A stretch of 40,139 bases of DNA from Candidatus Bathyarchaeia archaeon. Its GTDB lineage: Archaea; Thermoproteota; Bathyarchaeia; Bathyarchaeales; Bathycorpusculaceae. The stretch is from positions 1-40,139 of the forward strand of contig JAVZLH010000009.1 in NCBI GenBank assembly GCA_038883855.1. Reading direction: 5' to 3'. Numbering within the stretch: position 1 is the stretch's first letter; every line of letters begins with the position of its first letter. The notes under the pieces were generated by a model that did no database searches, was not told the origin of the DNA, and saw only the letters and a program-made list of their open reading frames with translations. The position numbers and the translations under genes are program-made. Shown here piece by piece: positions 1 to 9,683 of this stretch.

Positions 1-148
1 GCTTCTTATTCAGTTTCTTAAAGACTATTGTTGTTCCAATACTTAGATCATAATAGGTTTGGGAAGGTTGCAATATCGCCTCCAAAATCATCGTTTCCGT
101 TATACCCCTTTCAGCAACCCTCGACTTTGCATGTTTTGTAAATTTCAT
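1..148 (-). CDS. DUF4258/RelE-like toxin-family protein, runs off the window edge
   Basis: Manual translation MKFTKHAKSRVAERGITETMILEAILQP... fits the FTxHAxxRxxERGI pattern of DUF4258 proteins; not in ORF track. Confidence 0.7.
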   Translation of the reverse strand, partial: MKFTKHAKSRVAERGITETMILEAILQPSQTYYDLSIGTTIVFKKLNKK

Positions 149-560
149 GCAACTACAACCTTTCTATTGGTTTGAAATTCTGCCTGGTTAGTTTATTATT
201 GTTGTGGTTGCATTTGCCTTCCCTTTTATAGACGGCCCTTTTGTAAATGTAAATTTTGAAATCTCTTTGTCTTCTACAACCGTCAGAACTCATGCACATG
301 CCTGCGAATTTAGGACTTGAACCCTTTTGGGTTTAAATCCCGGGCCCGCCACCTTTTGGGTTCGGAACAGATATATCTTGGAAGCGTTTAAAAGAAGGCG
401 AAACGCACGTCACTGCAATTTTCCTGTTTAGACGAAGTTAAAGTTTACCATTTGCGAATAATGGCTTTAAGTTGCCGTACGTACTTGTAAAATTTGGTTG
501 CGGCAGAGCAATTCATATATTTGAATGCTGCACTTATTCATTGATGAAGTGGTGTGAAAA

Positions 561-845
561 TTGTCAGATTTGGAAGATAAAGTCCGCGAGGCCGTTGGCA
601 AGGTTGTTGACCCAGAAACGGGCTTGACATTCGCTGAAATGCACATGATAACAAGCGTCAAAGAGGAAAAGCCAGGCGTTGTCAAAATTGATTTCATTCC
701 TTCAAGTCCCTTCTGTCCGATAGCTTTCAAGTTGGCTATGGACTTGAAAAACGCCGCTCAGAAGGTTGCTGGCGTAAAAAAGGCTCTTGTTTATTGTCAC
801 GGGCACATGATGGAGCAGCAGATTAACGAGATGACAAACAAATAG
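561..845 (+). CDS. DUF59/MIP18-family Fe-S cluster assembly protein
   Basis: VVDPETG and PSSPFCP motifs typical of the DUF59 (FeS_assembly_P) domain. Confidence 0.8.
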   Translation: MSDLEDKVREAVGKVVDPETGLTFAEMHMITSVKEEKPGVVKIDFIPSSPFCPIAFKLAMDLKNAAQKVAGVKKALVYCHGHMMEQQINEMTNK

Positions 846-887
846 CCTTCTTGTTTTCGTTTTATCCAATGTAGTGAGCGTTTATTT

Positions 888-1766
888 ATGTGTGTTAAAG
901 GTGAGCATGAAATCTATTGTTGTGGTGCACGAGTGAGAATCACAGCGAAAGGCATTGAAGTTCTAAGCGAACCGATGATTGAATATTGCCCATTGCACGA
1001 GGCGGTGTACGGAACTAAACGAATTGATGTTGAGGCTGTGAAAAAAAGTGTTGAAATGAAGATTGCTGGCTTCGGTTTCTGCTGTGGAAAACGTGTCTTT
1101 GACACTGAGCCGCTTGTTCCCTACGGGGCTTCGGAGATGATGCAGTTTTGGCTTGACAAAGGGCTTATTGACTGTGCGGTTGTTGTTTGTGAAGGGGCAG
1201 GAACGGTCATAGCGAAAAGCGGCAAACTTGTGCAAGCCGTTGGCGCGCGTTTAACAGGCATAGTTAGAACTTCACCCATTCCAGAAATTATCGAGCATGT
1301 GGAAGCGGAAGGCGGAGTTGTTTTAGATAAAGCCAGCGCGAAAATTGATCAAGTTGAAGGTGTAAAGCAAGCAGTCAATCTAGGCTGTAAACGTGTTGCT
1401 GTTAGTGTTGCTGGTTTTCAGGCGAAGTCTATAAGTGAAATAAGAAAATTTGAGGCTGAGGCAAAGGCTGATGTTTTGATTTTTTCCGTCTGCAATACTT
1501 GTGTGGGAAAGGATGCTGTGAACCACATAGCCAAAGCTGATATAGCATGCGCAAGCGCTTCGAAGATACTTCGAAACGATGTAGGCAGTAAGGCACTGAT
1601 GCAGTTAGGCATGACAATTCCAGTTTACATCTTAACCGATAAAGGCAAGAAACTTGTCCTAGATTATTTGGCTGAATTCAAAGATAAACTTGTAATCTTC
1701 AGAACTAGCAGTCTGCCATACTTAGCAAAAGATAGAGGACCAAGGCTCAAAAGAAAATTTGAATAA
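888..1766 (+). CDS. Methanogenesis marker 8 / DUF2099 family protein
   Basis: YCPL, GASE, DCAVVVCEGAGTV, GARLTGIVRTSPIPE motifs as in DUF2099 proteins. Confidence 0.8.
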   Translation: MCVKGEHEIYCCGARVRITAKGIEVLSEPMIEYCPLHEAVYGTKRIDVEAVKKSVEMKIAGFGFCCGKRVFDTEPLVPYGASEMMQFWLDKGLIDCAVVVCEGAGTVIAKSGKLVQAVGARLTGIVRTSPIPEIIEHVEAEGGVVLDKASAKIDQVEGVKQAVNLGCKRVAVSVAGFQAKSISEIRKFEAEAKADVLIFSVCNTCVGKDAVNHIAKADIACASASKILRNDVGSKALMQLGMTIPVYILTDKGKKLVLDYLAEFKDKLVIFRTSSLPYLAKDRGPRLKRKFE

Positions 1767-1827
1767 CCAAAACGCTTAAGTGTTGTTCCAATGTTATCTC
1801 TATCAAACAAAATGGGTGTTGAATAGT

Positions 1828-2304
1828 TTGGCTGTTGAAGGTTTTTCGGGAAATAAACAACCAGTAGACGTAAAAGTGGGTGAGTTAACCCCTGCCTCTA
1901 GAGCAGTGAATGTGACGGCGAAAGTAGTTTCAAAAAGCGAGGTTAGAAACATTGCAACTGGAAGAGACGGGGCACCCCATAGAGTCTGTGATGCGTTAAT
2001 CGGTGACGAGACAGGATGCATTTATCTAACCCTTTGGGACGACAACATAGAAAAAGTTCAGGAAGGCGAAACGATAAGCATAGGAAACGGTTACGTAACT
2101 CTTTTCAGGGGTAACATGCGCCTAAATGTCGGCAGATTTGGCACATTGGAAACTGCAAAAGAAGCCTTTGCAGGCGAAGTAAACACAGAAAATAATTTAT
2201 CCACAAAAGTTTATGAGCAGCCCAGACGACCCTTCAGAGGGAGAGGTAGAAGAGATTTCGGTGAAAGAGAGAAAAGAGGCGGATATAGACAAAGACGGTA
2301 CTAA
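1828..2304 (+). CDS. ssb: Single-stranded DNA-binding protein (single OB fold, Arg/Gly-rich tail)
   Basis: IGDETGCIYLTLWD OB-fold motif; RGRGRR...GGYRQRRY tail; TTG start at 1828 preferred over 1780. Confidence 0.9.
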   Translation: MAVEGFSGNKQPVDVKVGELTPASRAVNVTAKVVSKSEVRNIATGRDGAPHRVCDALIGDETGCIYLTLWDDNIEKVQEGETISIGNGYVTLFRGNMRLNVGRFGTLETAKEAFAGEVNTENNLSTKVYEQPRRPFRGRGRRDFGEREKRGGYRQRRY

Positions 2305-2494
2305 CCTCCCTACCTCTTTAAGATAATAAAATGAACCTTATAATTTCTTCCTGAGTTATTTCAAGCTTACCCCATAAACATTTAACGCAAGACTCGCACA
2401 ATTTTCTTTAAAAATTAAAAAGCCAATTCTTTTAAACTTTGTCACAATCCTTAAAATCTCAGCCTTCCAAACAAGAAACAATACATAAGGAGAG

Positions 2495-3898
2495 ATGGCT
2501 GAAATGTCAAAAACCAAAAAAGAAGAAAGAAAACCGACCGTTGATGAACTTTTGGCAAAGGCAAAGAAGCCCGCGCAACTTGCTCCACACATGCACAAGT
2601 TTTACGAAGGAAAAGTTCAAGTTATGCCAAAATGCGCCATAAGAAACTATGAAGACTTCGCAATATGGTACACTCCAGGCGTCGCTGCAGCATGCGAAGA
2701 AATCCAAACAAACATGGATAAATCCTTTGAATTAACAAATCGCTGGAATTACGTCGCTGTCATATCAGATGGTTCACGGGTATTGGGCTTAGGCGACATA
2801 GGCCCAGAAGCAGCCATGCCAGTTATGGAAGGAAAAGCTCTACTCTTCAAATATTTAGGCGGTGTGGACGCTTTCCCAATTTGCCTAAAAACTAAAGACC
2901 CAGAAGAAATAGTGAGAGCCTGCGAGCTTATTGAACCTTCATTTGGCGGAATAAACCTAGAAGACATAGAAAAGCCAAAATGCTTCTACATTTTAGAAAA
3001 GGCTAGGGAACGACTGCAAATCCCAGTCTGGCACGACGACCAACAAGGAACAGCAACAGTAATTCTCGCAGGCTTAATAAACGCATTCAAAATAGTTGGA
3101 AAAAACCCTAAAGAAAGACTAATAACCCTAGTTGGAGCAGGTTCAGCGAACATCAGAACCGCGTACGTCCTAATAAAGTGGGGAATAAACCCTGGAAACA
3201 TAATAATGGTTGACACTAGGGGCATAATACACCGCGGAAGAAAGGACATAACAAATGAAGAAGACCCTTGGAAATACGATCTCGCCCAAAAAACAAACGC
3301 AGAAAATAGGATAGGAGACATGGCGGAGGCCTTCAAAGGAGTAGACGTGGTTATCGCTGCATCAAAACCTGGACCGGGCACAATAAAAAAGGAGTGGGTG
3401 AAGAGTATGGCCGATGACGCAATACTGTTTGCTTGCGCTAACCCAATACCGGAAATATGGCCTTGGGAGGCTGAAGAGGCAGGCGCCAAAATCATAGCCA
3501 CCGGCAGAAGCGACTTTCCCAACCAAGTAAATAACAGTTTAGGATTTCCAGCGATTTTCCGTGGCGTCTTAGATGTGAAAGCAAAGACCGTGACTGATGA
3601 TATGTGCATTGCTGCTGCCCAAGAACTGGCAAGATTTGCTGAAGAAAGGGGGATACATGAGAAGGACATTCTGCCAAGGATGGAGGAGTGGGAAGTTTTT
3701 CCAAGGGAAGCAGTTGCATGCGCATTAAAGTCCATAGAGCAAGGTGTGGCAAGGGTTAAACTCAGCAGACAAGAACTGTATGAACGGGCTTCGAGAATAA
3801 TTAAGAACGCTATAGAGTCAACATTGGTGCTGATGAAACATGGCTTAATAAAACAACCTCCAGCAGAAAAGACACTGCTCAAAATAGATGGTAGGTAA
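2495..3898 (+). CDS. NAD(P)-dependent malic enzyme
   Basis: YTPGVA, SDGSRVLGLGDIG, MEGKA, INLEDI, HDDQQGT, ATGRSDFPNQVNN motifs. Confidence 0.95.
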   Translation: MAEMSKTKKEERKPTVDELLAKAKKPAQLAPHMHKFYEGKVQVMPKCAIRNYEDFAIWYTPGVAAACEEIQTNMDKSFELTNRWNYVAVISDGSRVLGLGDIGPEAAMPVMEGKALLFKYLGGVDAFPICLKTKDPEEIVRACELIEPSFGGINLEDIEKPKCFYILEKARERLQIPVWHDDQQGTATVILAGLINAFKIVGKNPKERLITLVGAGSANIRTAYVLIKWGINPGNIIMVDTRGIIHRGRKDITNEEDPWKYDLAQKTNAENRIGDMAEAFKGVDVVIAASKPGPGTIKKEWVKSMADDAILFACANPIPEIWPWEAEEAGAKIIATGRSDFPNQVNNSLGFPAIFRGVLDVKAKTVTDDMCIAAAQELARFAEERGIHEKDILPRMEEWEVFPREAVACALKSIEQGVARVKLSRQELYERASRIIKNAIESTLVLMKHGLIKQPPAEKTLLKIDGR

Positions 3899-3989
3899 CT
3901 CTAAGACCATAAATTTTTTCGCCTTTTCGGCTTAAAGTAGAAAATTATTTAAGCAATTTTATGGAAATGGTGAGATTGGAGAGAAAATA

Positions 3990-4442
3990 ATGAGGTCGGA
4001 TTACGCCCTTTATGGAGTTGCAATGATATTCTTTACAGTAACAGTGATAGTGTCTCTATACAATGTGGAATTTCAAGCGATATGGATTGTTTCAACAGCC
4101 TTGCTAGGACTCTTATTCGTAGGCTTAGGATATACTTATAGACCCACAACCAAAGCAAAAGCACCGGAAGCGCCCCAAATCACACAAGCAGTTCCCGCAA
4201 CAGTTGTTGAAACTGAAGAAAAGAAGGTTGAAACCATCGCGGAAACTGCACCAAAGATGAAGTTAACAGATGTTAAGGGCATTGGCGCGAAGCGGGCGGA
4301 ACAACTGAAGGCTATAGGGATAAGCAGTGTTGAAGACTTGGCAAAGATGTCAGCAGATGAACTGGCAGCAAGGTTGAAGATTTCCTCAAAAATTACAGCA
4401 AAATGGATTGAAAACGCGAAGCAATTAGCCGAAAGAACATAA
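3990..4442 (+). CDS. Membrane-anchored helix-hairpin-helix (DUF4332-like) protein
   Basis: Two N-terminal hydrophobic helices; LTDVKGIGAKRAEQLKAIGI HhH motif. Confidence 0.7.
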   Translation: MRSDYALYGVAMIFFTVTVIVSLYNVEFQAIWIVSTALLGLLFVGLGYTYRPTTKAKAPEAPQITQAVPATVVETEEKKVETIAETAPKMKLTDVKGIGAKRAEQLKAIGISSVEDLAKMSADELAARLKISSKITAKWIENAKQLAERT

Positions 4443-4468
4443 AAGAAAGGGTGCTTATTAACCTCAAA

Positions 4469-4732
4469 TTACAATCTTAAAATTCTTATTATATTCCTTC
4501 GCTCTAAACGTTTTATAGCATCTAAAAACTCGCTTTTCTTTTTCCCAGCCAAGCTAAAGTTTTGAATCATGTCCTTTAAAGGCATTTGCGGTTTTCCCAA
4601 ACCTGCCTTTCTACTGGATAGGTGGCGAACTATCAGCCTCTCTAACCTCCCGCATTTCCATGTAGTGTTACGAATCAAAATCACTATGGACTCAACAAGT
4701 TTTTTCTTATGTTTTCCTTTTTTAGTCAACAA
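4469..4732 (-). CDS. Small basic hypothetical protein
   Basis: 87-aa ORF filling the intergenic gap; winged-helix-like C-terminus (FLDAIKRLERRNIIRI). Confidence 0.5.
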   Translation of the reverse strand: MLTKKGKHKKKLVESIVILIRNTTWKCGRLERLIVRHLSSRKAGLGKPQMPLKDMIQNFSLAGKKKSEFLDAIKRLERRNIIRILRL

Positions 4733-4818
4733 GCCACCATAGTAATTTTATGTTACAAAAAGATTTTTAGGGTTTACGCTTAAAACACTAACACACAAGT
4801 TAAGGGGGTAAATGTGTA

Positions 4819-5244
4819 ATGGTAAAAGGGACGGCTGGAAAGATGCACTTCTTCCTTCTTTTTGAAGGCGAGGACTTGGTGGAAGCTATAAGAGAACGCG
4901 CCGAAAAGAATGGCATAAACGCTGGAATTTTGCTAGTAATTGGAGCGTTGAAAGACGCTGTTTTAGGATACTACCTAAAGGGAGAGTACAAGTATATCAA
5001 ATTAGATGAGCCTTTAGAAATTGCCTCATGCATAGGAAACATAGCCTTAGATGAAGATGGCAAAGTTATCGTCCACGCGCACATAGTAGTTTCAAACGAG
5101 AGAGGCGAAGCTTTTGGTGGACATTTAATGCATAACACCCATGTTGATCCCGCAGCAGAGTTAGTAATTATTGAGGCAGAGGGACTAAAACTGCAAAGGG
5201 CTTTTGACGCGAAGACCAAATTGAAGCTTCTGCAGTTAAGTTAA
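4819..5244 (+). CDS. PPC/DUF296 domain protein
   Basis: GEDL, IGAL, LEIASCIGNI, HAHIVVS, AFGGHL motifs. Confidence 0.9.
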   Translation: MVKGTAGKMHFFLLFEGEDLVEAIRERAEKNGINAGILLVIGALKDAVLGYYLKGEYKYIKLDEPLEIASCIGNIALDEDGKVIVHAHIVVSNERGEAFGGHLMHNTHVDPAAELVIIEAEGLKLQRAFDAKTKLKLLQLS

Positions 5245-5688
5245 GGCTTTCCTTAAATACAACCCGTGGGCGTTCTCGTAATAGTGTCTAAGCTTTCCAA
5301 CTTTTTTGTATCCAAGTTTTCGATAAAGGTTTATGGCAGCAATGTTGTCTTCACGCACTTCAAGACGGCACTCTTTAACACCTTTTCCTTTGAATATTTT
5401 TTCAATTTCAAGCAGAAGTCTCTGCGCTATTCCTTTTTGACGATGCGTCGGTGAAACGTCCAGAGTTAGTATATGTCCAATTAATGATTCTTCGTCGATG
5501 TATATCCTACCTATAATGAAGCCTACAATTTGACCATTTACCTTCGCAATCAAACCGATACTGTTATAGTCGGTTAGTAAGTAGGCAATTTGCTGCTTTG
5601 TAAAAGCTTCTTTTGTGAAACATTTCATCTCGATTTCATATAAACTGTCTAAGTACCGAATTGAAGCATCTTCTATTGTCAATTCCAT
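5236..5688 (-). CDS. rimI: RimI/Ard1-like GNAT N-acetyltransferase
   Basis: HILTLDVSPTHRQKGIA acetyl-CoA motif; LEVREDNIAAINLYRKLGY. Confidence 0.85.
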   Translation of the reverse strand: MELTIEDASIRYLDSLYEIEMKCFTKEAFTKQQIAYLLTDYNSIGLIAKVNGQIVGFIIGRIYIDEESLIGHILTLDVSPTHRQKGIAQRLLLEIEKIFKGKGVKECRLEVREDNIAAINLYRKLGYKKVGKLRHYYENAHGLYLRKALT

Positions 5689-5895
5689 TTTAATCTCTTA
5701 GATTTGAGGTGAAAGTTGGATTTAGCCTTGTTGTCTCAAGTTTTAACTACGCCAACATATAGCTCTGTTATTGTGTTGCCTTTGTGCTATGGTGTTCGTT
5801 GTATGCTTAAAAGAAGTTTCCAAAATTTTTGCTCCAGACCAGATGGAGAGAAGTTATAAGGCAATGTTTTCCATTAATACGTTCAAGGTTTAACC

Positions 5896-6450
5896 ATGCT
5901 AAATCGAGATGAAGCCCTGAACATTGTCAAAGATCACGTCTCAAAAAGAAACATTATTTATCATATGCTTGCAGTTGAAGCCATAATGCAAGCATTAGCC
6001 AAGCACTTCGGAGAGGACGAACAACTTTGGAGTTTGCTTGGATTGCTTCACGATGTTGATTACGAGAAAACTGAGGCGACGCCAGAAAAACACAGTCTAC
6101 TAACAGAAGAAATTCTGAAAGGGAAGGTTTCAAGCGAAGTTGTTAAGGCTATAAAAACTCACAACTTCAAGTATACAGGTGTTATGCCGCAAACTCGCAT
6201 GGAAAAAGCCCTAATCGCCGCAGATGCTGTTTCTGGACTGCTTGTAGCTTGCGCTTTGGTTATGCCCTCGAAAAAGTTGGCAGACGTTAAAGTGGAGACT
6301 GTTTTGAAGAAGTTTAAGGATAGGGATTTCGCTAGAGGCGCCGAAAGAGAACGCATACTCCTTTGCGAGGAAATTGGGTTGCCAAGGGAGAAGTTCTTAG
6401 AAATAGCTTTAAATGGGTTGAAAAAAGTGGCTCCGCAAATAGGACTCTAG
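5896..6450 (+). CDS. HD/HDIG-domain phosphohydrolase
   Basis: HMLAVEA...GLLHDVDYE...AADAVSGL HD-domain motifs. Confidence 0.85.
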   Translation: MLNRDEALNIVKDHVSKRNIIYHMLAVEAIMQALAKHFGEDEQLWSLLGLLHDVDYEKTEATPEKHSLLTEEILKGKVSSEVVKAIKTHNFKYTGVMPQTRMEKALIAADAVSGLLVACALVMPSKKLADVKVETVLKKFKDRDFARGAERERILLCEEIGLPREKFLEIALNGLKKVAPQIGL

Positions 6451-6941
6451 ATAATTGTTTTACGAGGTCTAAAGGCCGCCAGAATTAAAGCTCTAACAAT
6501 TAAAGAAACCCCGATAAGGGTTATCACTAAAGCCCAAAAAGCGAACCACGCGCTAGCTGTTGTTTCCTCGTTGAGAAAGCTTGTTATCAAGACAGCGCCT
6601 CCAAGCCAAACAACTATGTCTGAAAAATTCTCTGCCTTTTTATGCAAAGGCGAATGCACAAAAATTCTGAAGCATAACAGTGCTATGAGGAATATTCCCC
6701 ATGTAAGACAAAATTGAATAGCAGCTGAATACACTGTTGTGTGGGCTGCTGGGTTTTTAGGTGCTAGAAAATAAATTCCAAGACTGGAAACGTGAACAAT
6801 GTCAAAGTCCATGAAAAAGGCTAAAAGTTTGTCGAAAAAGTTTGGAGTAGCTATAAAAATTGCGCCGAGCAGAATTAGGAAGACACCAGCTGAAAGTGCG
6901 CTGAGAAAACTTTCCCTGAATTGTTGAGAATTGCTGACCAT
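6447..6941 (-). CDS. Hypothetical membrane protein (about 4 TM)
   Basis: Four hydrophobic segments; convergent stop overlap with the HD gene. Confidence 0.65.
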   Translation of the reverse strand: MVSNSQQFRESFLSALSAGVFLILLGAIFIATPNFFDKLLAFFMDFDIVHVSSLGIYFLAPKNPAAHTTVYSAAIQFCLTWGIFLIALLCFRIFVHSPLHKKAENFSDIVVWLGGAVLITSFLNEETTASAWFAFWALVITLIGVSLIVRALILAAFRPRKTII

Positions 6942-7035
6942 GAATTACATTCTCCACAGGATATTTTGGTGACCACTCATATAACACTTCTTAAATACTC
7001 GATGGTAAATATGTGAGTCATTGAAAGGTGGAAAA

Positions 7036-7437
7036 TTGTCAACATGTAAAAAATGCGGCAGTAAAGTAAGCGATGAAATGATTTTTTGCCCAAAATGCGG
7101 AGCACCACTAAAAGCAAAAGCAGTTTCTGCTGTACAACAAGAGGTTAAACCGAGCAGAGGCGAAAAAGCTGAGAAGCATGAGAAACATGAAAAGAGGGAA
7201 AAGGAAGAGAAGGGAGAAAAACATGAGAAAAGCGAGTTCTCCTTCTTAGGCTTGATAATAGGCGGGTTAATTCTCATAATTATTGGTTTGACTTCATACC
7301 TTCAAATAACCGGCATAATTGACGTCAAAGTAAGAGAGATTCTTTGGGCTATATTCCTGATAGCTGTTGGAATCATATTGATTTTTGGCGCATTTTACGC
7401 CATGACAACGGCGAAAAAGAGAAATCCGATGCCTTAG
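7036..7437 (+). CDS. Zinc-ribbon membrane protein with xEK repeat linker
   Basis: CKKCG...FCPKCG zinc ribbon, two C-terminal TM helices; TTG start at 7036 after AGGTGG. Confidence 0.8.
   Translation: MSTCKKCGSKVSDEMIFCPKCGAPLKAKAVSAVQQEVKPSRGEKAEKHEKHEKREKEEKGEKHEKSEFSFLGLIIGGLILIIIGLTSYLQITGIIDVKVREILWAIFLIAVGIILIFGAFYAMTTAKKRNPMP
7159..7230 (+). repeat. Eight 9-nt coding units encoding GEK-AEK-HEK-HEK-REK-EEK-GEK-HEK
   Basis: Read directly from the sequence. Confidence 0.85.
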
Positions 7438-8561
7438 GTTAACCATCCGAGAAAAAGCCTATAAAGCCTATGTTCCATACGCGTCAAAAACTGGTCTCGC
7501 CCGATAACGCGAAAATAGCCTTTCCCAGCAGCCTCTATCAAGTCTCCAATTTCGTATCTTGGAAACAAGCAGGAGGAAATAATAAGTTTGCCCCATTCTC
7601 CTCGCTTAAGCTCATGTAGCATTTTGACGCCTTGGCTTGTTTCAACTTCAAACAAGTATGTGTCGTAATTGGGTGAAATATATGGCAAGTCGTTGTATTG
7701 TTGTCCGAAAACGCCTTCTGTGGCGCTGTAAATTTCAACTACTGAAACGTTTCCATAAAATTGCTGAAGTTTTGGCGCATATTTAAACTGTATTTTTCTC
7801 ACGCTTGTACAGAAAAGCGCGTGCACCTTCCAAACGTCTTTAGGTTTCTTTCCATGCCTCCTTTTCATGTATCTTGCAAAAGCAAGAATTACGGGCGTCA
7901 CACCCATGGCAGCAGTCACATTCTCATTCAACGCTTTTTGATAGGCTAGTTCAAACCTTTGCTCCCAATCGCTTCTGCCGATGCCACAGCCCAAAGCGTC
8001 TATTTCCTCTTGGCGCGGAATGAGGCTGAGTTCGTTAAGCATAGGATTAAGCTTAGCATATGTGCCAGAGCTATAGCCATAGTTGACTTCTTTCCCGTCA
8101 ACCATCATGGTGTGAACGTTGGATGGAAAATTTAAGTTGATAATCCTTCCATCCAACAATTCAAAATCCTGTTTTCTCAAAACATAATTTACCAGCGCTC
8201 GCGCTCCACAAACAAAGATTTGTTCAATATGGGTTTTGGTTACTGGAAGAACTTTTGCTTTACCTGTAGACCCCCTAGTCATGACCCAGCACAAAACAGG
8301 TTCTGGAAGAATGGCTGAATAATCTCCTTTTACAACTTCTGTAAAATACGGGTTAAGAGCGTTATAATTTGCAACTGGAAAGTTGCGTCTAAAATCAGCT
8401 AAATCCCTAATATTAGAGGCGTTATGGGATTGTCCGTAACGGGTTTTGGAATATTGGCTAACTAACCTTTCCAAAACCAGTTTCTGATGGTTCTCAGGAT
8501 TCTTTAAGGAGTCATACCAAGAACCAACTATGTATTCTAGAACGTTTTCTTTTTGAAACAT
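7434..8561 (-). CDS. GH3-like acyl-adenylate-forming enzyme (ANL superfamily)
   Basis: TRGSTGKAKVLP P-loop-like motif, EIYSATEG, LFPRYEIGD, VIGR; N-terminal PENHQKLVLERL as in GH3 proteins. Confidence 0.75.
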   Translation of the reverse strand: MFQKENVLEYIVGSWYDSLKNPENHQKLVLERLVSQYSKTRYGQSHNASNIRDLADFRRNFPVANYNALNPYFTEVVKGDYSAILPEPVLCWVMTRGSTGKAKVLPVTKTHIEQIFVCGARALVNYVLRKQDFELLDGRIINLNFPSNVHTMMVDGKEVNYGYSSGTYAKLNPMLNELSLIPRQEEIDALGCGIGRSDWEQRFELAYQKALNENVTAAMGVTPVILAFARYMKRRHGKKPKDVWKVHALFCTSVRKIQFKYAPKLQQFYGNVSVVEIYSATEGVFGQQYNDLPYISPNYDTYLFEVETSQGVKMLHELKRGEWGKLIISSCLFPRYEIGDLIEAAGKGYFRVIGRDQFLTRMEHRLYRLFLGWLT

Positions 8562-8606
8562 TTTGATGCAGAAGATAATTTGCGAAGCTTAGTTATATAC
8601 GTTAGT

Positions 8607-9119
8607 TTAAACTATGTATTTGTCTGTTTTCTCGAAATCTTTCACTATTTCCATAACACGTTTTCTAGCACCAACATGACCCAAAGGAACAGCTTCAAAC
8701 AGTGCCCATGGTGTCTTTTCTGCAATAAGAGTGGCAATGTATTTTTCTCCAAAACATTTTCTCGCAATTTCATATACAAGTCTTCTAGTTTTCACTTCTG
8801 AAAAAGTGCCTAAAGCATGCAGATACTCGTGTAAAAGCAAGTTGTAGATTAAGGCATTAACAACTCGCTTGTTTTTTATCGAAGCTTCAACGATTTCAAC
8901 AAGCCTTCTGTTCAAGACAATGTTGTTGGTGCCGACAGGATGGTAGGCGCCAAGCTGAAGTGGTAAATCGTCAAGGAAAAGCAGCATCCCACCTCCGCGA
9001 CGATTTAGGGCAAAAGCCACAGTGTCTTTTACAACTTCCCAAATTTCGCTGTAACTTGCGGCTTTTTCCAGTCTGCTGCGAAAGCCTTCAACAACTGCAT
9101 CGTTGTCTTCGCCCATCAT
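8607..9119 (-). CDS. Hypothetical HExxH zinc-metallopeptidase-like protein
   Basis: LLLHEYLHALG motif. Confidence 0.6.
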   Translation of the reverse strand: MMGEDNDAVVEGFRSRLEKAASYSEIWEVVKDTVAFALNRRGGGMLLFLDDLPLQLGAYHPVGTNNIVLNRRLVEIVEASIKNKRVVNALIYNLLLHEYLHALGTFSEVKTRRLVYEIARKCFGEKYIATLIAEKTPWALFEAVPLGHVGARKRVMEIVKDFEKTDKYIV

Positions 9120-9230
9120 TCTGCACCCTCAAATGTAACATGTGAAAACAAGCTTTTAAACTGCTCAGTTTTCAGTCTATAACATTGCGTGTGCACGAAA
9201 AAAATAAATCATAGCACATAGACTTTAGGC

Positions 9231-9683
9231 ATGGTTTTGGAGGCGAAATTTGTGGCAAGCATAGTTCTCGTTAGAGACGTTATGTCAAAAGACGTTAAAG
9301 TTGTGCGCCCAGACACAAGCGTTAAGGAAGTTGTAGCCACAATGAACAAGTTTGACATAGGCTCCATAATAGTTGTTCAAGGTGAAAGACCAGTGGGCAT
9401 AATCACAGAACGTGACATTCTGAGGAGGCTTGTGGGCCCATCATTAACTCCTGAAACCTTAACTGCAAGGCAGATTATGACAAGTCCCGTTATATCCATA
9501 AACGAAATGGCAAGTATTGAAGAGGCAGCAAAGCTTATGGCAAAGAAGAAGGTTAAGCGATTGCCTGTTATGAGCGACGACAAGCTTGTTGGCATATTGA
9601 CTTTCACTGACATAGTGTTTAAGATGCCAGCATTGCTCTCGATTCTTGAGGAAATAGTTAGACCCTACCACCGTTCTTACTGA
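9231..9683 (+). CDS. CBS-domain pair protein
   Basis: VRDVMS...VGIITERDI...IMTSPV...RLPV...LVGILTFTDI. Confidence 0.9.
   Translation: MVLEAKFVASIVLVRDVMSKDVKVVRPDTSVKEVVATMNKFDIGSIIVVQGERPVGIITERDILRRLVGPSLTPETLTARQIMTSPVISINEMASIEEAAKLMAKKKVKRLPVMSDDKLVGILTFTDIVFKMPALLSILEEIVRPYHRSY

Noticed and set aside
153-299. 48-aa minus-strand ORF upstream of the DUF4258 gene as an antitoxin
   Set aside because: No recognisable antitoxin features; cannot be supported
2986-3882. 298-aa antisense ORF
   Set aside because: Shadow of the malic enzyme on the opposite strand; no motifs
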